IMG/VR virus record: IMGVR_UViG_3300020375_000005
Span: 1-29,957 of that record
Source of the DNA: a virus
Taxonomy: Duplodnaviria > Caudoviricetes
Length of the DNA stretch: 29,957 nt
Strand: one strand, 5' to 3'
Translations under genes and position numbers: made by a program
Part shown: in pieces, positions 1-9,600 of the stretch
How positions within the stretch are numbered: the stretch's first letter is position 1
How the letters are laid out: every line of letters starts with the position of its first letter
Notes under the pieces: generated by a model
What the model was told of the DNA's origin: nothing
Databases searched by the model: none
Seen by the model: only the letters and a program-made list of their open reading frames with translations

Positions 1-1605
1 ATCGACTAGATCGGCTGGGAACTTTCGGATAATCTCTGGACGGTGGCGTTCAGGTCTTTTATTTGGAGTCTGGAAGATTAGGAACCTGTTCAGTGAACCG
101 TCCCTGATCTTGGAAGTGTTGAGTCCATCCCAAAAAGTTTCCGGGGTTGCAGTTCCCAAGACAGAGAGACAGGGTTGGTCTATAAAGAATCTTTCTTCTT
201 CCTGAGTGGCCCGGTCGAGCGGATAGTAAGGCCCGGTGCATGAGGTGAATACTTCCATTAAGGTCTGGATAATATCTGCTTGGTAGCCAGTGGTGGTTGC
301 CATCAGTTGCTTGAGGTACATACCAAATTCATCAATGAGGAAGAGACAGCTGGGCCGCCAAGTGATAAGTCTTTCGATAGCTGCACGGGAGGTGACCTTC
401 TCTGACCCAAACATTTTTAAGTCATGGGCATTATCAAACTGCTTGATCACATCACGGGGGAACTGTTTGCCTGATCCAGTGGGTGCAAGCACTGCAAGGA
501 AGAGGTTGGTGCGTGTGTTCTCTTCAGTCCTGTACTTGCGACCCATCAGGGTTCCTGCAAAACAAAGTGAGGATGCAAGTGCAATGATGGGCTGCTTGTA
601 CTTGGAGTGTTGGGTCAGGAAGTTAGCGAAAGAGCCAACGAACCCCGGTGGGGTAAAATAATCGGCGGAGAGAGTCACCGATTCCGAAGTTCGCTGGCCC
701 ACAGGCGGAGTGTCTAATACCTTATGGGTGCATGGGTCTTGAGCGTGGAAGAAGAGGGTTGAGAATGTGATGGGATCACCCTTCCATTCCTTATCAAAAC
801 TCTTCCACTTATATCTTATGTTCTTCTCTGAATACTCTCCCTTCCCCCTGTCTTTCCCCCATTCTCTTTTCTTAGACCAATCAAGGAAGAGCTTATATCC
901 ATTCTCTCCTAACCCATTCATAAGTGCAATCGCACATTCTTGCCAGACGGTATATTCTTCCGGGGATATTTTAGCTAACGCTACAACAGCCCGCTCATAA
1001 TTTTCAAGTCTGTATGTAGTTTCTTCAGCTGGTGGAACCGCATCAAGTAATGGTTGTTCTTCTGGAAGTAATGGGATGGGAGTAGCATTGAGCTTCCGCT
1101 TGGCATCAGGGTCATAACTCTGGAAGAATAACCTTGCCATATCCTTGCAAGCAGGATCGAGATTAATATTGTGCTTGCTCTTGAAATATATCTCAGCTGC
1201 ATTAAAAGACTCCTTGTGTTTTGTTGCATCAGGGATAACTTTGATCCAAAGTTTAACGCCCCGGCCAGATGGTGATATAAACGCAGCTTCAACATGAGGG
1301 TCTTTGAATAGTTCATCCCGTAAAACTTCTACGTTCCCACTCAGGTTGTCAAGATCACCTTGCATCAGGCCGCTGTACTCCTCAAGAGTATCCGCCCGCC
1401 GCTCAGTAGTCCGGCAGCTGATTGTGTAGCAGGGAAGTTTCTTCTTTAGTAGCGAATACTTATCCTTGTCTCCAGAGTCGAGTGCCTTGCGGCAAGTGTT
1501 AATAGTTTCACGGTGATCACCATTTTTAATCTCATTAAAAATGTCATCAACCTCTTTGAATATGGGGGTCTTATGTGTTACCCCGTAGAAGTATGAAATT
1601 TCCAT
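1..1605 (-). CDS. Primase-helicase-like replication protein (VirE_N/BT4734-like N-terminus + PriCT-2 + DUF3987-like P-loop ATPase), runs off the left edge
   Basis: Not in the ORF track; translated by hand. ATG at 1605 with GGAGAG RBS. Motifs: LKKKLPCYT..GLMQGDLD..FISPSGRGVKLW..LDPACKD (VirE_N-like); YTVWQECAIAL..LFLDWS..KWKSF..ITFSTLF (PriCT-2); Walker A APTGSGK, Walker B LFLIDEFG, QPCLSVLGTATP and DGSLNRFL (DUF3987-like). Confidence 0.85.
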   Translation of the reverse strand, partial: MEISYFYGVTHKTPIFKEVDDIFNEIKNGDHRETINTCRKALDSGDKDKYSLLKKKLPCYTISCRTTERRADTLEEYSGLMQGDLDNLSGNVEVLRDELFKDPHVEAAFISPSGRGVKLWIKVIPDATKHKESFNAAEIYFKSKHNINLDPACKDMARLFFQSYDPDAKRKLNATPIPLLPEEQPLLDAVPPAEETTYRLENYERAVVALAKISPEEYTVWQECAIALMNGLGENGYKLFLDWSKKREWGKDRGKGEYSEKNIRYKWKSFDKEWKGDPITFSTLFFHAQDPCTHKVLDTPPVGQRTSESVTLSADYFTPPGFVGSFANFLTQHSKYKQPIIALASSLCFAGTLMGRKYRTEENTRTNLFLAVLAPTGSGKQFPRDVIKQFDNAHDLKMFGSEKVTSRAAIERLITWRPSCLFLIDEFGMYLKQLMATTTGYQADIIQTLMEVFTSCTGPYYPLDRATQEEERFFIDQPCLSVLGTATPETFWDGLNTSKIRDGSLNRFLIFQTPNKRPERHRPEIIRKFPADLVD

Positions 1606-1630
1606 TGCTATCTCTCTCCATGATAATAGT

Positions 1631-2041
1631 TTACGAATCCAATTGTGCGTTTACAAAATCCTCTAGGTTCAGGTCAGCTATTGGGGTGCTACCCTTCTTC
1701 ACGTTGCAGGGGTGACAGGCTATACAGAGGTTGTCGGGATTAAGCATCTCAGTCCTTGTGCTTAAAGAACTTAAGGGCTGCTTATGATCTAAAACCCAGC
1801 TGTCTTCAGGGAAGATACGGGTCTTACAATAGAAGCATGGAACACTCAAGTCAATCTGCCGCAGCCAACATTTAATATAGGTCAGGCGATTGTATCCACC
1901 CTTGCGACCACGCACATCTCCTCTCTCTTTCTGGAGCCTTCTTTTCTCTCTATCCTTGCACCTCCTACTGCAATACTTTTGTTTCTTGGTCTGTCCTCCA
2001 GAGGGGGTATAACTTGCCCCGCAAAACTCACATTTCTTCAT
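1631..2041 (-). CDS. HNH endonuclease with N-terminal zinc ribbon
   Basis: CEFCG..KYCSRRC zinc ribbon, then CFYC..LDHKQPLS..NPDNLCIACHPCNVKKG HNH signature. Confidence 0.88.
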   Translation of the reverse strand: MKKCEFCGASYTPSGGQTKKQKYCSRRCKDREKRRLQKERGDVRGRKGGYNRLTYIKCWLRQIDLSVPCFYCKTRIFPEDSWVLDHKQPLSSLSTRTEMLNPDNLCIACHPCNVKKGSTPIADLNLEDFVNAQLDS

Positions 2042-2177
2042 CGGTTTTTGTTATTACAATACTGTTCCCTCGCCCCACATAGATGAACGTAAGTAGGGCA
2101 AGGGCAGAAACACCGCTGACAACTCCACAGATGTAGATGCCAGCGGCTGACACGATTAGCTCAAAAGGGAATATCAT
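2028..2177 (-). CDS. Putative 49-aa single-pass membrane peptide
   Basis: Manual translation MIFPFELIVSAAGIYICGVVSGVSALALLTFIYVGRGNSIVITKTDEEM; fills the gap and overlaps both neighbours; long uncharged stretch; only a weak RBS (GGGA). Confidence 0.45.
   Translation of the reverse strand: MIFPFELIVSAAGIYICGVVSGVSALALLTFIYVGRGNSIVITKTDEEM
2067..2146 (-). promoter_or_regulatory. Two adjacent RNA stem-loops (possible processing or regulatory element)
   Basis: Minus strand CCGCTGGCA/TGTCAGCGG with inner TCTAC/GTGGA (2113-2146) and CCCTTGCCCTAC/GTGGGGCGAGGG (2067-2104); the non-Watson-Crick pairs are G-U on the transcribed strand. Confidence 0.55.
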
Positions 2178-2610
2178 CCTTCGGAGTCCCACTAGATGCA
2201 GGGGTTGCCGCAGGGTTTCGCAGCATCCTGTAATACTTCACATCATTACTGTCATCATATCCATTCGTCCCCGGACGGATAGTAATGTTCGCAACAATGG
2301 GAATGTTATGTAGCTCAGATGAGTCTTTTATCTGAACCTTTCCACACGCTCTAACTAATGAAGCGAGTTGACGTTGGGCAATCTCAACAGCCGTTGGATT
2401 TGGATTCTCCAGATTTAGGTTGTCGAAAATTTTGCGGCCCTTCCCCTCTTCGCTAACAACTGATAGCTCAAGGTGAAGGTATCTTCCGTTGCCACTTTTC
2501 GTGTCCCGAAAATCTGAGTCATCAACAATGACTTCGTAGTCTCCGGGGGGTAGCGGAGTAAAGGAACGATCCTCCTCCACCACATTGGAAACATCAAACA
2601 TTAGTTCCAT
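2161..2610 (-). CDS. ssb: DUF669-type single-stranded DNA-binding protein
   Basis: FTPLPPGDY..TKSGNGRYL..GRKIFDNLNL pattern, acidic C-terminal DDIPF tail, directly downstream of a Sak4-like ATPase. Confidence 0.85.
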   Translation of the reverse strand: MELMFDVSNVVEEDRSFTPLPPGDYEVIVDDSDFRDTKSGNGRYLHLELSVVSEEGKGRKIFDNLNLENPNPTAVEIAQRQLASLVRACGKVQIKDSSELHNIPIVANITIRPGTNGYDDSNDVKYYRMLRNPAATPASSGTPKDDIPF

Positions 2611-3394
2611 TTGCTTTCCCTGTTTTTACCTGTTTCTTTTTGGCAGTAGTGCCTTCCGCCCGTGCAGATTGCACGGCGGACATGAAGGCTTCCCAATCTA
2701 AAGGAAGACTTTCAGGCAAGGTCATACGAGACTTCGCCGTGAACGTAGGTTGCTCTCCGAAATAGATTAACCTACGATTTGTTGTTATTGCCTTGTACTG
2801 GGGGGTACTAAATTTTTCCCCCGATTTACTGGTCAAAACCTCACTCGCAACATACCCTAAAACATCACACCACTCGGCTATTAATCCACGAGCGTGGCGA
2901 TTTAGTTTAAGGTTGTGACGATGAAAAGAATTGTCCACAATTGGATCATCGAAATGCTCCACCGCCGAATGAGATATGAGAACAATGTGCAGTCCTAATG
3001 CCCGGAGTTGATCAAGGCAATTTAAAAACTCCGTCCAATACTTCAAGACCATGACATAACCCTTCCCAAATCCGGGTTGTTCTATAGTGGCCCATCCATT
3101 ATCCTTACAGGCAGCGTTAAAAATTTTACGCTCTAGCCAATCTATACTATCTATAACTAGAGTATTTACGCCTAAATTTTTAAACTCGCTATACACATAT
3201 CTCGCCGCATCCATCACATCAGCAAAAGAGGAATCGACAAGATCAATTGACTGACAATCAATCTCGCCTAGTCCTCCTTCCATATCTAAAAACAGACCGT
3301 GCTTGGCCCAAGTGGATTTACCACACCCATCAGAGCCATAGATACATATTCGCAAGGGCTTTTTCTCCTTGCCCTTCTTTACAATTACTGCCAT
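2594..3394 (-). CDS. AAA_24 / Sak4-like ATPase (single-strand annealing protein)
   Basis: IYGSDGCGKST Walker A, FLDMEGG, TLVIDSIDWLE Walker B, GFGKGY, LISH, EWCDVLGY, AKSR. Confidence 0.88.
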   Translation of the reverse strand: MAVIVKKGKEKKPLRICIYGSDGCGKSTWAKHGLFLDMEGGLGEIDCQSIDLVDSSFADVMDAARYVYSEFKNLGVNTLVIDSIDWLERKIFNAACKDNGWATIEQPGFGKGYVMVLKYWTEFLNCLDQLRALGLHIVLISHSAVEHFDDPIVDNSFHRHNLKLNRHARGLIAEWCDVLGYVASEVLTSKSGEKFSTPQYKAITTNRRLIYFGEQPTFTAKSRMTLPESLPLDWEAFMSAVQSARAEGTTAKKKQVKTGKANGTNV

Positions 3395-3777
3395 GCTTGT
3401 TCCTCCTCATGTACCGGGGCTTTATCTACCCCATTACCCCCATTCGTTAGGTCATGCAGCTTTTCAAACACGATCTTAAACTTCCTATCCTGCTCTGCCA
3501 ACTGTATTTCCATCTGCTTTTCCAAGGCAGCCACCTTGAGGAACAACCCCTTATTTTCTTTTGACCTTGGGGCTTCTTCCCAAACTTCCAGACCCGCTGC
3601 GATCATGGCCTTGCGGATACTGATTATTGTGCTTGGGGATATTTCAAAGCCGAGTGCTACAGTAGCAACACGGGCGATTTTATCTGGCTTCTTTCGGTTC
3701 AACGTCTCAAGATTTTCTTTGATGAAAGTATCAAGGATATAACCTTGCGTTCTGCCGATTCTTATCTTCTTCTTCAT
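3385..3777 (-). CDS. Hypothetical protein (possible HTH plus coiled coil)
   Basis: 130-aa ORF with AGGAG RBS, packed in the operon; function not recognised. Confidence 0.7.
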   Translation of the reverse strand: MKKKIRIGRTQGYILDTFIKENLETLNRKKPDKIARVATVALGFEISPSTIISIRKAMIAAGLEVWEEAPRSKENKGLFLKVAALEKQMEIQLAEQDRKFKIVFEKLHDLTNGGNGVDKAPVHEEEQAWQ

Positions 3778-3785
3778 GTCTCTCC

Positions 3786-4262
3786 TTATTTCATTAGAGG
3801 ATTAACTAGACTTTCTTCTATGGCATAACAATCACCATATCCAAAGTCTTTTATGTTACCTTCTTGAAGAAGGTCTACCGCCCAAACCTCTCCCACTATG
3901 GAATAGATGGGCATTTCCCCCACCACCAAGACATACTTGTCTGGTGGTTTCTTAGCTTTTTTTAAGGGGGCTATCAAATGTCCAGACCTATGATGGGTGG
4001 TCTTAACATCGATCCTTACACCAAGCCGGGATACGCAATCATAAACTGGCATAGCGGCTGGTGATGTGTCAAGGTCGGGGTAAATGTTCATTAGCTTACA
4101 ATAAGCAAGTTCACCTCCCATCCCTTCTACATCTGTTTGTTCAGTTGGCTGTGGCCCTGAAAACAAGTGCGGGGTTCCTTTGTCCCTGTTAAAATTCCAC
4201 CGTTTCTTTGCCAAGTATTCGGCCAGCTTCTGTTCATTTTCGTTTAGGATAATTTCAATCAT
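3786..4262 (-). CDS. Hypothetical protein, possible PD-(D/E)XK nuclease fold
   Basis: GMGGELA..YDCV..RIDVKTT resembles the E..D..(D/E)xK catalytic arrangement; ATGA overlap with the upstream gene. Confidence 0.55.
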   Translation of the reverse strand: MIEIILNENEQKLAEYLAKKRWNFNRDKGTPHLFSGPQPTEQTDVEGMGGELAYCKLMNIYPDLDTSPAAMPVYDCVSRLGVRIDVKTTHHRSGHLIAPLKKAKKPPDKYVLVVGEMPIYSIVGEVWAVDLLQEGNIKDFGYGDCYAIEESLVNPLMK

Positions 4263-5242
4263 CCCACCACCTTGAACGTCCTTGAGCTACTCACCTCTTC
4301 GTATTTGCCAACATCTTCATACTTGGCCAAGGCTTTTTCCATTAACTTTTTACTCTTGTTCCGGCGGGTATAATTCTTCCAAGTTATCATGTCCCCCCCA
4401 GCTGCATCGACTAGCCGGGAGTGTTGTTGTAAATGTCCCATCATCACCGTGGCCATATCCTCCCGCTCTGCCTTCATCAGCTTTATCTGACGGTCTTTCT
4501 GTTTTAACGCAGCATGAATCTGAGCGGTCATGGGATTAGCTAAGAGTGCCGTATCCTCATCCGCCACGGGATGCTGCAACAATGCTTCATCTTCTGATGC
4601 GGGGTCAGGAAGTTTCCCCTCTTTGCTCTGGACATACTCATACCAGAACTTCTTCTCTGCCTTGATCAGTTCCTTAATCCGCTTCTCGTTACGTTGTATC
4701 TCATAGATACGCATTTTATTTCCACCTATCAGGACGGCTACATAAGCCTTAGTATAGCCCGTGCAATACAAGTAGTGTAGTACCTGATAATAGTAGGCGG
4801 GCGGAATTTCCTCAGTAAATTCCGTCCCCCATTCCTTCGCTTTAAATTCATGGGTAGTCTTAACTTCAAGTAGCCAAGGTTTACCCACAATCTTTGCATC
4901 AATATGCCCGTGAGCAATTGGCCACTCCTTACTCTTAACCGTGCGGCTCACCATCTGAACCTTCAACCCCATACGCTCGGCAAACTTCTTTGCGATATTG
5001 CGTTCATGGATAAGTCCCCATTCAACTGGTTCCTTCTTGCTTATATCTTCTACAGGAAGTTCCCCCCGTTTCTCTCTTATCCTCCGGGTCTGATTAGAGT
5101 ATTGATTAACATTCATTACAACGCCAGCATCTGTCCCTGTCATCGCAGCATTCCTTAGTCCCTGATCCTGTTCAGGTTTTACACTACCCTCCCGTAGTCT
5201 GAGGATATTTTCCTGATCATTCAGGACTGTTTCAAAAGTCAT
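4259..5242 (-). CDS. YqaJ-like (lambda-exonuclease family) viral recombination exonuclease
   Basis: R..MTGTDAGVVMNVNQYS, WGLIHE, HIDA..LLEVKTT, IPPAYYYQVLHYL, AVLIGG motifs. Confidence 0.92.
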   Translation of the reverse strand: MTFETVLNDQENILRLREGSVKPEQDQGLRNAAMTGTDAGVVMNVNQYSNQTRRIREKRGELPVEDISKKEPVEWGLIHERNIAKKFAERMGLKVQMVSRTVKSKEWPIAHGHIDAKIVGKPWLLEVKTTHEFKAKEWGTEFTEEIPPAYYYQVLHYLYCTGYTKAYVAVLIGGNKMRIYEIQRNEKRIKELIKAEKKFWYEYVQSKEGKLPDPASEDEALLQHPVADEDTALLANPMTAQIHAALKQKDRQIKLMKAEREDMATVMMGHLQQHSRLVDAAGGDMITWKNYTRRNKSKKLMEKALAKYEDVGKYEEVSSSRTFKVVG

Positions 5243-5394
5243 TTGTCCTCCTTCTTCACACCAAAAACTTCCTTTAGGTAAGTAAAGAATGCCCGTCTTG
5301 CTGCCTTGTTTCTTGCCCGCTTTGCTTTCCGAATTGTTGCAAGCAGTTCAAAGTTCTTCCGCTCCTCTGCGGCTTTATCTATTGCCATTGTCAT
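5239..5394 (-). CDS. Small basic hypothetical protein (51 aa)
   Basis: Not in the track. MTMAIDKAAEERKNFELLATIRKAKRARNKAARRAFFTYLKEVFGVKKEDK; ATGA overlaps at both ends indicate translational coupling. Confidence 0.7.
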   Translation of the reverse strand: MTMAIDKAAEERKNFELLATIRKAKRARNKAARRAFFTYLKEVFGVKKEDK

Positions 5395-5585
5395 TCCCAT
5401 ATAGTTCCTCTCTCATCTTTACTGTTATTATTAAGATGTAAACCTAGCGATTTAGACATTTGCTTTCTAATCCGTATGGCTCTCTCGTTAAGTCTAATCC
5501 GTTTCCGCCGAGCCTTTGCCGCAGCGTGATGCTCATCGGCCAGTAGCCGATGGTGTCCCGTGATTAACATATCAACCATTTCCAT
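5391..5585 (-). CDS. Small basic hypothetical protein
   Basis: Fills the gap between rusA and the 51-aa ORF; ATG at 5585 preferred over TTG at 5591. Confidence 0.6.
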   Translation of the reverse strand: MEMVDMLITGHHRLLADEHHAAAKARRKRIRLNERAIRIRKQMSKSLGLHLNNNSKDERGTIWE

Positions 5586-5949
5586 TGCCAATTTTAATCA
5601 CAGGGTTGTCCGCCCAAAATTTCCTTGCTTGTATATCGTATATCATCCCATCGTCATCTGGGCGCAATATATCATACACGGATTTTTGGAGATTATCAAT
5701 ATCCATTCTCTTCGGTATCTGGTGGGGTTCTCCCCTCATCTTCTCTCGCTTCTTTTTGCTCCACGATTTTGGCATTTCAATATGAAATTCCATGTGTACT
5801 TTATTCCCCAGTTTAAAATTCGCAGCATCAGCTGCGGCCCTTAACTTGTCAGCAAATTCCCAGTAGCGGACAACACAAGGCCGCTTCTTCCACCTGTCTG
5901 ATCTTGTCATGCGGGGCTTGGCCACAATTGCCAGATCAATCCTGATCAT
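5572..5949 (-). CDS. rusA: RusA-family Holliday junction resolvase
   Basis: KPRMTRSD, FHIEMPKSWSKKKR..PH..MDIDNLQKSVYDIL..DDGMIY; start moved to ATG 5949 (MIRIDL) to avoid a long overlap with the upstream gene. Confidence 0.88.
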   Translation of the reverse strand: MIRIDLAIVAKPRMTRSDRWKKRPCVVRYWEFADKLRAAADAANFKLGNKVHMEFHIEMPKSWSKKKREKMRGEPHQIPKRMDIDNLQKSVYDILRPDDDGMIYDIQARKFWADNPVIKIGNGNG

Positions 5950-6577
5950 TATTACTGTTATCCATAACGTGCAGTTCGTACCCAAACCCCGACAAAGTTT
6001 GTATATCCCAATCCCCTGAAACATCGACTCCCTCTGTCAAAGAACCAACGCCAGAGACTCTAAGGAAGTTCGTTGATCCTACTCCCGGTACTCTACCATC
6101 CAGCTGGTCAGCTAGAATTTTTACCTTACCTCCGTTGGCTAAGAAGTTATTTATTTCATTAGCATATCCTGATGATGAAATATCTGTCACCCCATCTGCA
6201 AGTGCTTGAACTTCGTTCCGGCCCTTATAAGTTTGCCGGACAAAAAATTGTTTATAGTGAACAGAAGATTTTACCTTGTTGGGATTCGCTTTACGTTTAG
6301 CGGCCATCTGCCGGGTAGTAATTTCCTTGCGGCAAAGTTTGCCACAACAAGTTTGATTGACTCTTTTGGGTGTGAATTTTATCTTGCAAGCAATGCAAGA
6401 TATTTGGGGTAGGGGGGGATTGTACTTAAGGTAGTGTAACCGTTCTTTTATTTTGCGGTAAGAACTATAACAACTAGCGGAGCAATACCTACTACGTTTA
6501 CCTTCCAATAGTTTCCCGCAGTAGCAATACTTTTTTACTTTGATGGTCACTCCATCGACCATTTTTCTAGGCATCAT
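5936..6577 (-). CDS. Double zinc-ribbon protein with SutA-like FLxxGGK motif
   Basis: CYCG..YCSASC and CIAC..CCGKLC ribbons; EINNFLANGGKVKIL in the C-terminal third; GAGAG RBS. Confidence 0.65.
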   Translation of the reverse strand: MMPRKMVDGVTIKVKKYCYCGKLLEGKRSRYCSASCYSSYRKIKERLHYLKYNPPLPQISCIACKIKFTPKRVNQTCCGKLCRKEITTRQMAAKRKANPNKVKSSVHYKQFFVRQTYKGRNEVQALADGVTDISSSGYANEINNFLANGGKVKILADQLDGRVPGVGSTNFLRVSGVGSLTEGVDVSGDWDIQTLSGFGYELHVMDNSNNDQD

Positions 6578-6611
6578 TCTCTCTCTAAAACTGTTTTAAC
6601 TGTTACGCAAC

Positions 6612-6640
6612 ATAGTCTTACAAATACAGAAAAAGGTCAA
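6612..6640 (-). promoter_or_regulatory. Candidate sigma70-type promoter for the replication operon
   Basis: Minus strand TTGACC-17 nt-GACTAT in the AT-rich gap between the structural and replication modules; the -10 keeps A-11 and T-7 but is otherwise weak. Confidence 0.5.
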
Positions 6641-6646
6641 GTCTTT

Positions 6647-9600
6647 TTATTTTCTCCTTTTCTTTTTGTAAACAGAGTTGTACCACTTGATACCCTCATT
6701 CCATGTTTTTCTTTGATCTTTGGTTAGTGTTTTAATGAATGCATTCCATGTGCCAGCGGGGATGCGTGACTTAGGATTCGCCCTTTTAATACTTCGGCTA
6801 ATCGCCTTCAATGTTTTTTGTGGAACCTTCCCTGCCTTATTCAGACCACCTGAAAGTTCAACATATTTCATGTAGTATTTTCTAGCAGCATCCACATCTT
6901 GGTACTTCATCGCTTGCTTGTAGTAGTAGAGGGCATTTGCTTTTGTGCTTGGCTTGTGTCCGCCCACATCATCCTTGCCCATCTTGTCTCTCCACTCCCT
7001 AACTTTTTGCCAGTTCTTATAGTATGCAGCTTCACCGGGGTCTGTGGAGTTAAGGAAAAGTTTGCCCCACTCATACCCCCCTCTGCTTGGTTTACCCGCC
7101 ACCATCTTGTAGATTGTACCGAGACTGAAGGCATTGGCTATGTGTTCAAACCTGTCCCTGATTGGCCGGGGATTTAAAAAGTCAGGCCAGTAAGTTTCAC
7201 CAGACAATTGTTCTGCGGGAACTTTATATAGAGGACTCAGGCCAGCTGCAATCTTTAGCGCAGGAGCCTTGGCCATCTCTATAAGCTGGTCAGTAGGACT
7301 TTTGTTCCCCTTCCATAGATCAACAATATCGGATGGTGCATCATGTAAAGATGCCCATGCCATAAAGTCAGAGAACGCCCCTTGGAATCTCAGGGTTACT
7401 ACTTCTCCGTTGAATGTGCCTAGTATAAGGTGCAGCTGCTCACGCTCAAACTCTGACAACTTCTCTTCTTCATCAGGGTGTACGCCGTGGTTCCATGCAG
7501 AGACTAGGGTTGAGAAGACCATCATTCTTGCAGTCACACTTAACCCCTTCCAAGCAGTCTGTTTCGCTAACACTTTCGCCAGCTGCGCTTTTACATTGTT
7601 ACCTTCCTCCTTTGAGTTTCTGAACAGCCGGATGTACCGGGGAGCGTTAATCTCCATCCAACTATAGAATGGCATTATGTGGGTACGGATAGCTTGTCCA
7701 CCGTGTGATATATTACCGTAGTCCCCGATTAATTCACGGGCCAGCTTCGCTGCTATCTGATGGTCAGTCTCTGTTAGTCCTTCTGCATCACGCTCCGCAC
7801 CCTCTTTCTGTGACTCCCTAATCTGGTCAATCTCCGTCTGCTTCGATGCTGCGTAGAATTTCTTGTCTGGATTCTCAGCTATCTTCTTCTTAAAATATCT
7901 CCAAGCCGCTAGGCGTATTAGGTTCTCCCGGTACGTTGTCCACTCCCTGAAAGTCTTGGGTATGTTCTTCCCCTTGTGCTTTAATTTCTCAAGATTATTT
8001 GAAGGCTTCGGATCAAACAGCCCGTCATACATTTTACTAAAGTCATCCACTTCGGTAATGACAAATCCACTATCAATAATCGCCAACCTTCGTGCTTCAT
8101 TTAACTCTGTCGCTGTTTCTCCAGCCGGGTTTTTCTTTTCCCTATACAAGTCCAACACCGATTGTTTCATACCCCCCATAATACCGGGTGCGTAGGCAAT
8201 CGCTATATCCAAGTCCCCGCTCATGTTGTTCAGGTTGTATCTAAAAATCCTAAATGGATTGAGTAGTGTCCAGACCTTCCAAGCCCTAACCCCCTTCCTC
8301 GACCACGATACGGGCCATGCTTCATTCTCATTCTTCGTGGGTTTATTTAAAGTCTCGGCTAATTCTTTGGGGATTATCCATTTTTCGCTTTCGCCTTTTA
8401 CAAAAGCCTTCCGCACCTTGTCAACATTTGCGTTCCCTTCTTCTAATATTTTTTGTGCAACCTTGTCAGCTATCGTGTATGTCTGATACCAAATCCCCTT
8501 CTCATTTGGTTTCCATATTACATACCCATCAAACCCTTCAGCTTCCTTCAGAACTTGTTCAAGGGATAGACCATCCTTCCCCTCGATCTTTCTCTGGTCA
8601 TTAATCTCAGTCCTGAGTTTCCTTAGATCAGCCCCCTTATCATTTGCTACCCTTATTTTCTTGAGAAGTTTCTTTGCTTCCAGTTGCTGACGGGCCTGAG
8701 ACAGTACCTCAAACTCCGCATCTAAATATCGTGTATTGTAGTCTTTAGCAGAACCCGTCCTAGCTTTTTGCCACCCTTGTTTTGCGGTCTGTATGCCCGG
8801 TTTTTCTAGCGATACTTTGTATCCCGGTGCATCCTCAAGGTTAAGGTACTCAAGAACCTGATGATGGAAGTACCTATCGTCTTCAAGAAGTTCTTCACGC
8901 AGTAACCCTTCGGCCACCAACCCCTCACGCAACTCCTTCATAAAGGCTGTGCGTTTTTCTATAGACTGTAGAATATTCGTGTCAGTAGAGGGGTTATTAG
9001 TAATTGTTTCAGCGTGGGGTTTCCATGCTTCATCTAAATCTTTCTGGACTTGTTCAGCTGACTCGTAATTAAACGGTAGTTCATTTGGATCAAGCAACCC
9101 TGACTCTATGTCTTTGATCATATCAGGGAGGATAAGGTTCATCGAGAAGACCAGCTGCTCCGTTTCATTCATCTTACCGATTACAGAGTAAACATCTGTA
9201 TATGCCCTGTGCTTGGCGTAGCTGCCTGTTTCTTGCATCAACCTGAGATAATCCGTTGTCAGCCCAAACTTCTTAGGATCAAGAAGTTTGTGCGCCCGTG
9301 TCATCTGATTCTTTATTGTGGTTGCAGCTTCAACCGTGACATTCCAGATTGATTTTAGTGTGCCAACTTTATCCTTGGGTTTCTTACCGTGTGCTTCTTT
9401 GATGGCTTTAGTAACTTCAGGGTTTATTGACTCGCCAAGGGGTATTTCTGTGGTAGGTGTGGTAGGCTCTGGAGCCGCTTCAGGGGCAGCTTCAGATCCC
9501 GCGTCTTCAGCAAATTGTGGCTCCTTTTTAACGGAGGGTTCAGTCTTACCTTCAGAGTGAAAATCAACTGCTTGTCTTGCAAGGGATGCTATATTCTCAG

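Noticed and set aside
59-1316. Track ORFs 59-241, 290-661, 767-1000 and 981-1316
   Set aside because: All lie within the motif-rich primase-helicase frame, on other frames or the opposite strand.
2042-2160. tRNA or CRISPR repeat in the structured gap
   Set aside because: No cloverleaf, T-loop consensus or spaced repeat array.
5950-6024. 25-codon N-terminal extension of RusA in the track
   Set aside because: Lies inside the upstream gene; the recognisable RusA sequence begins at ATG 5949.
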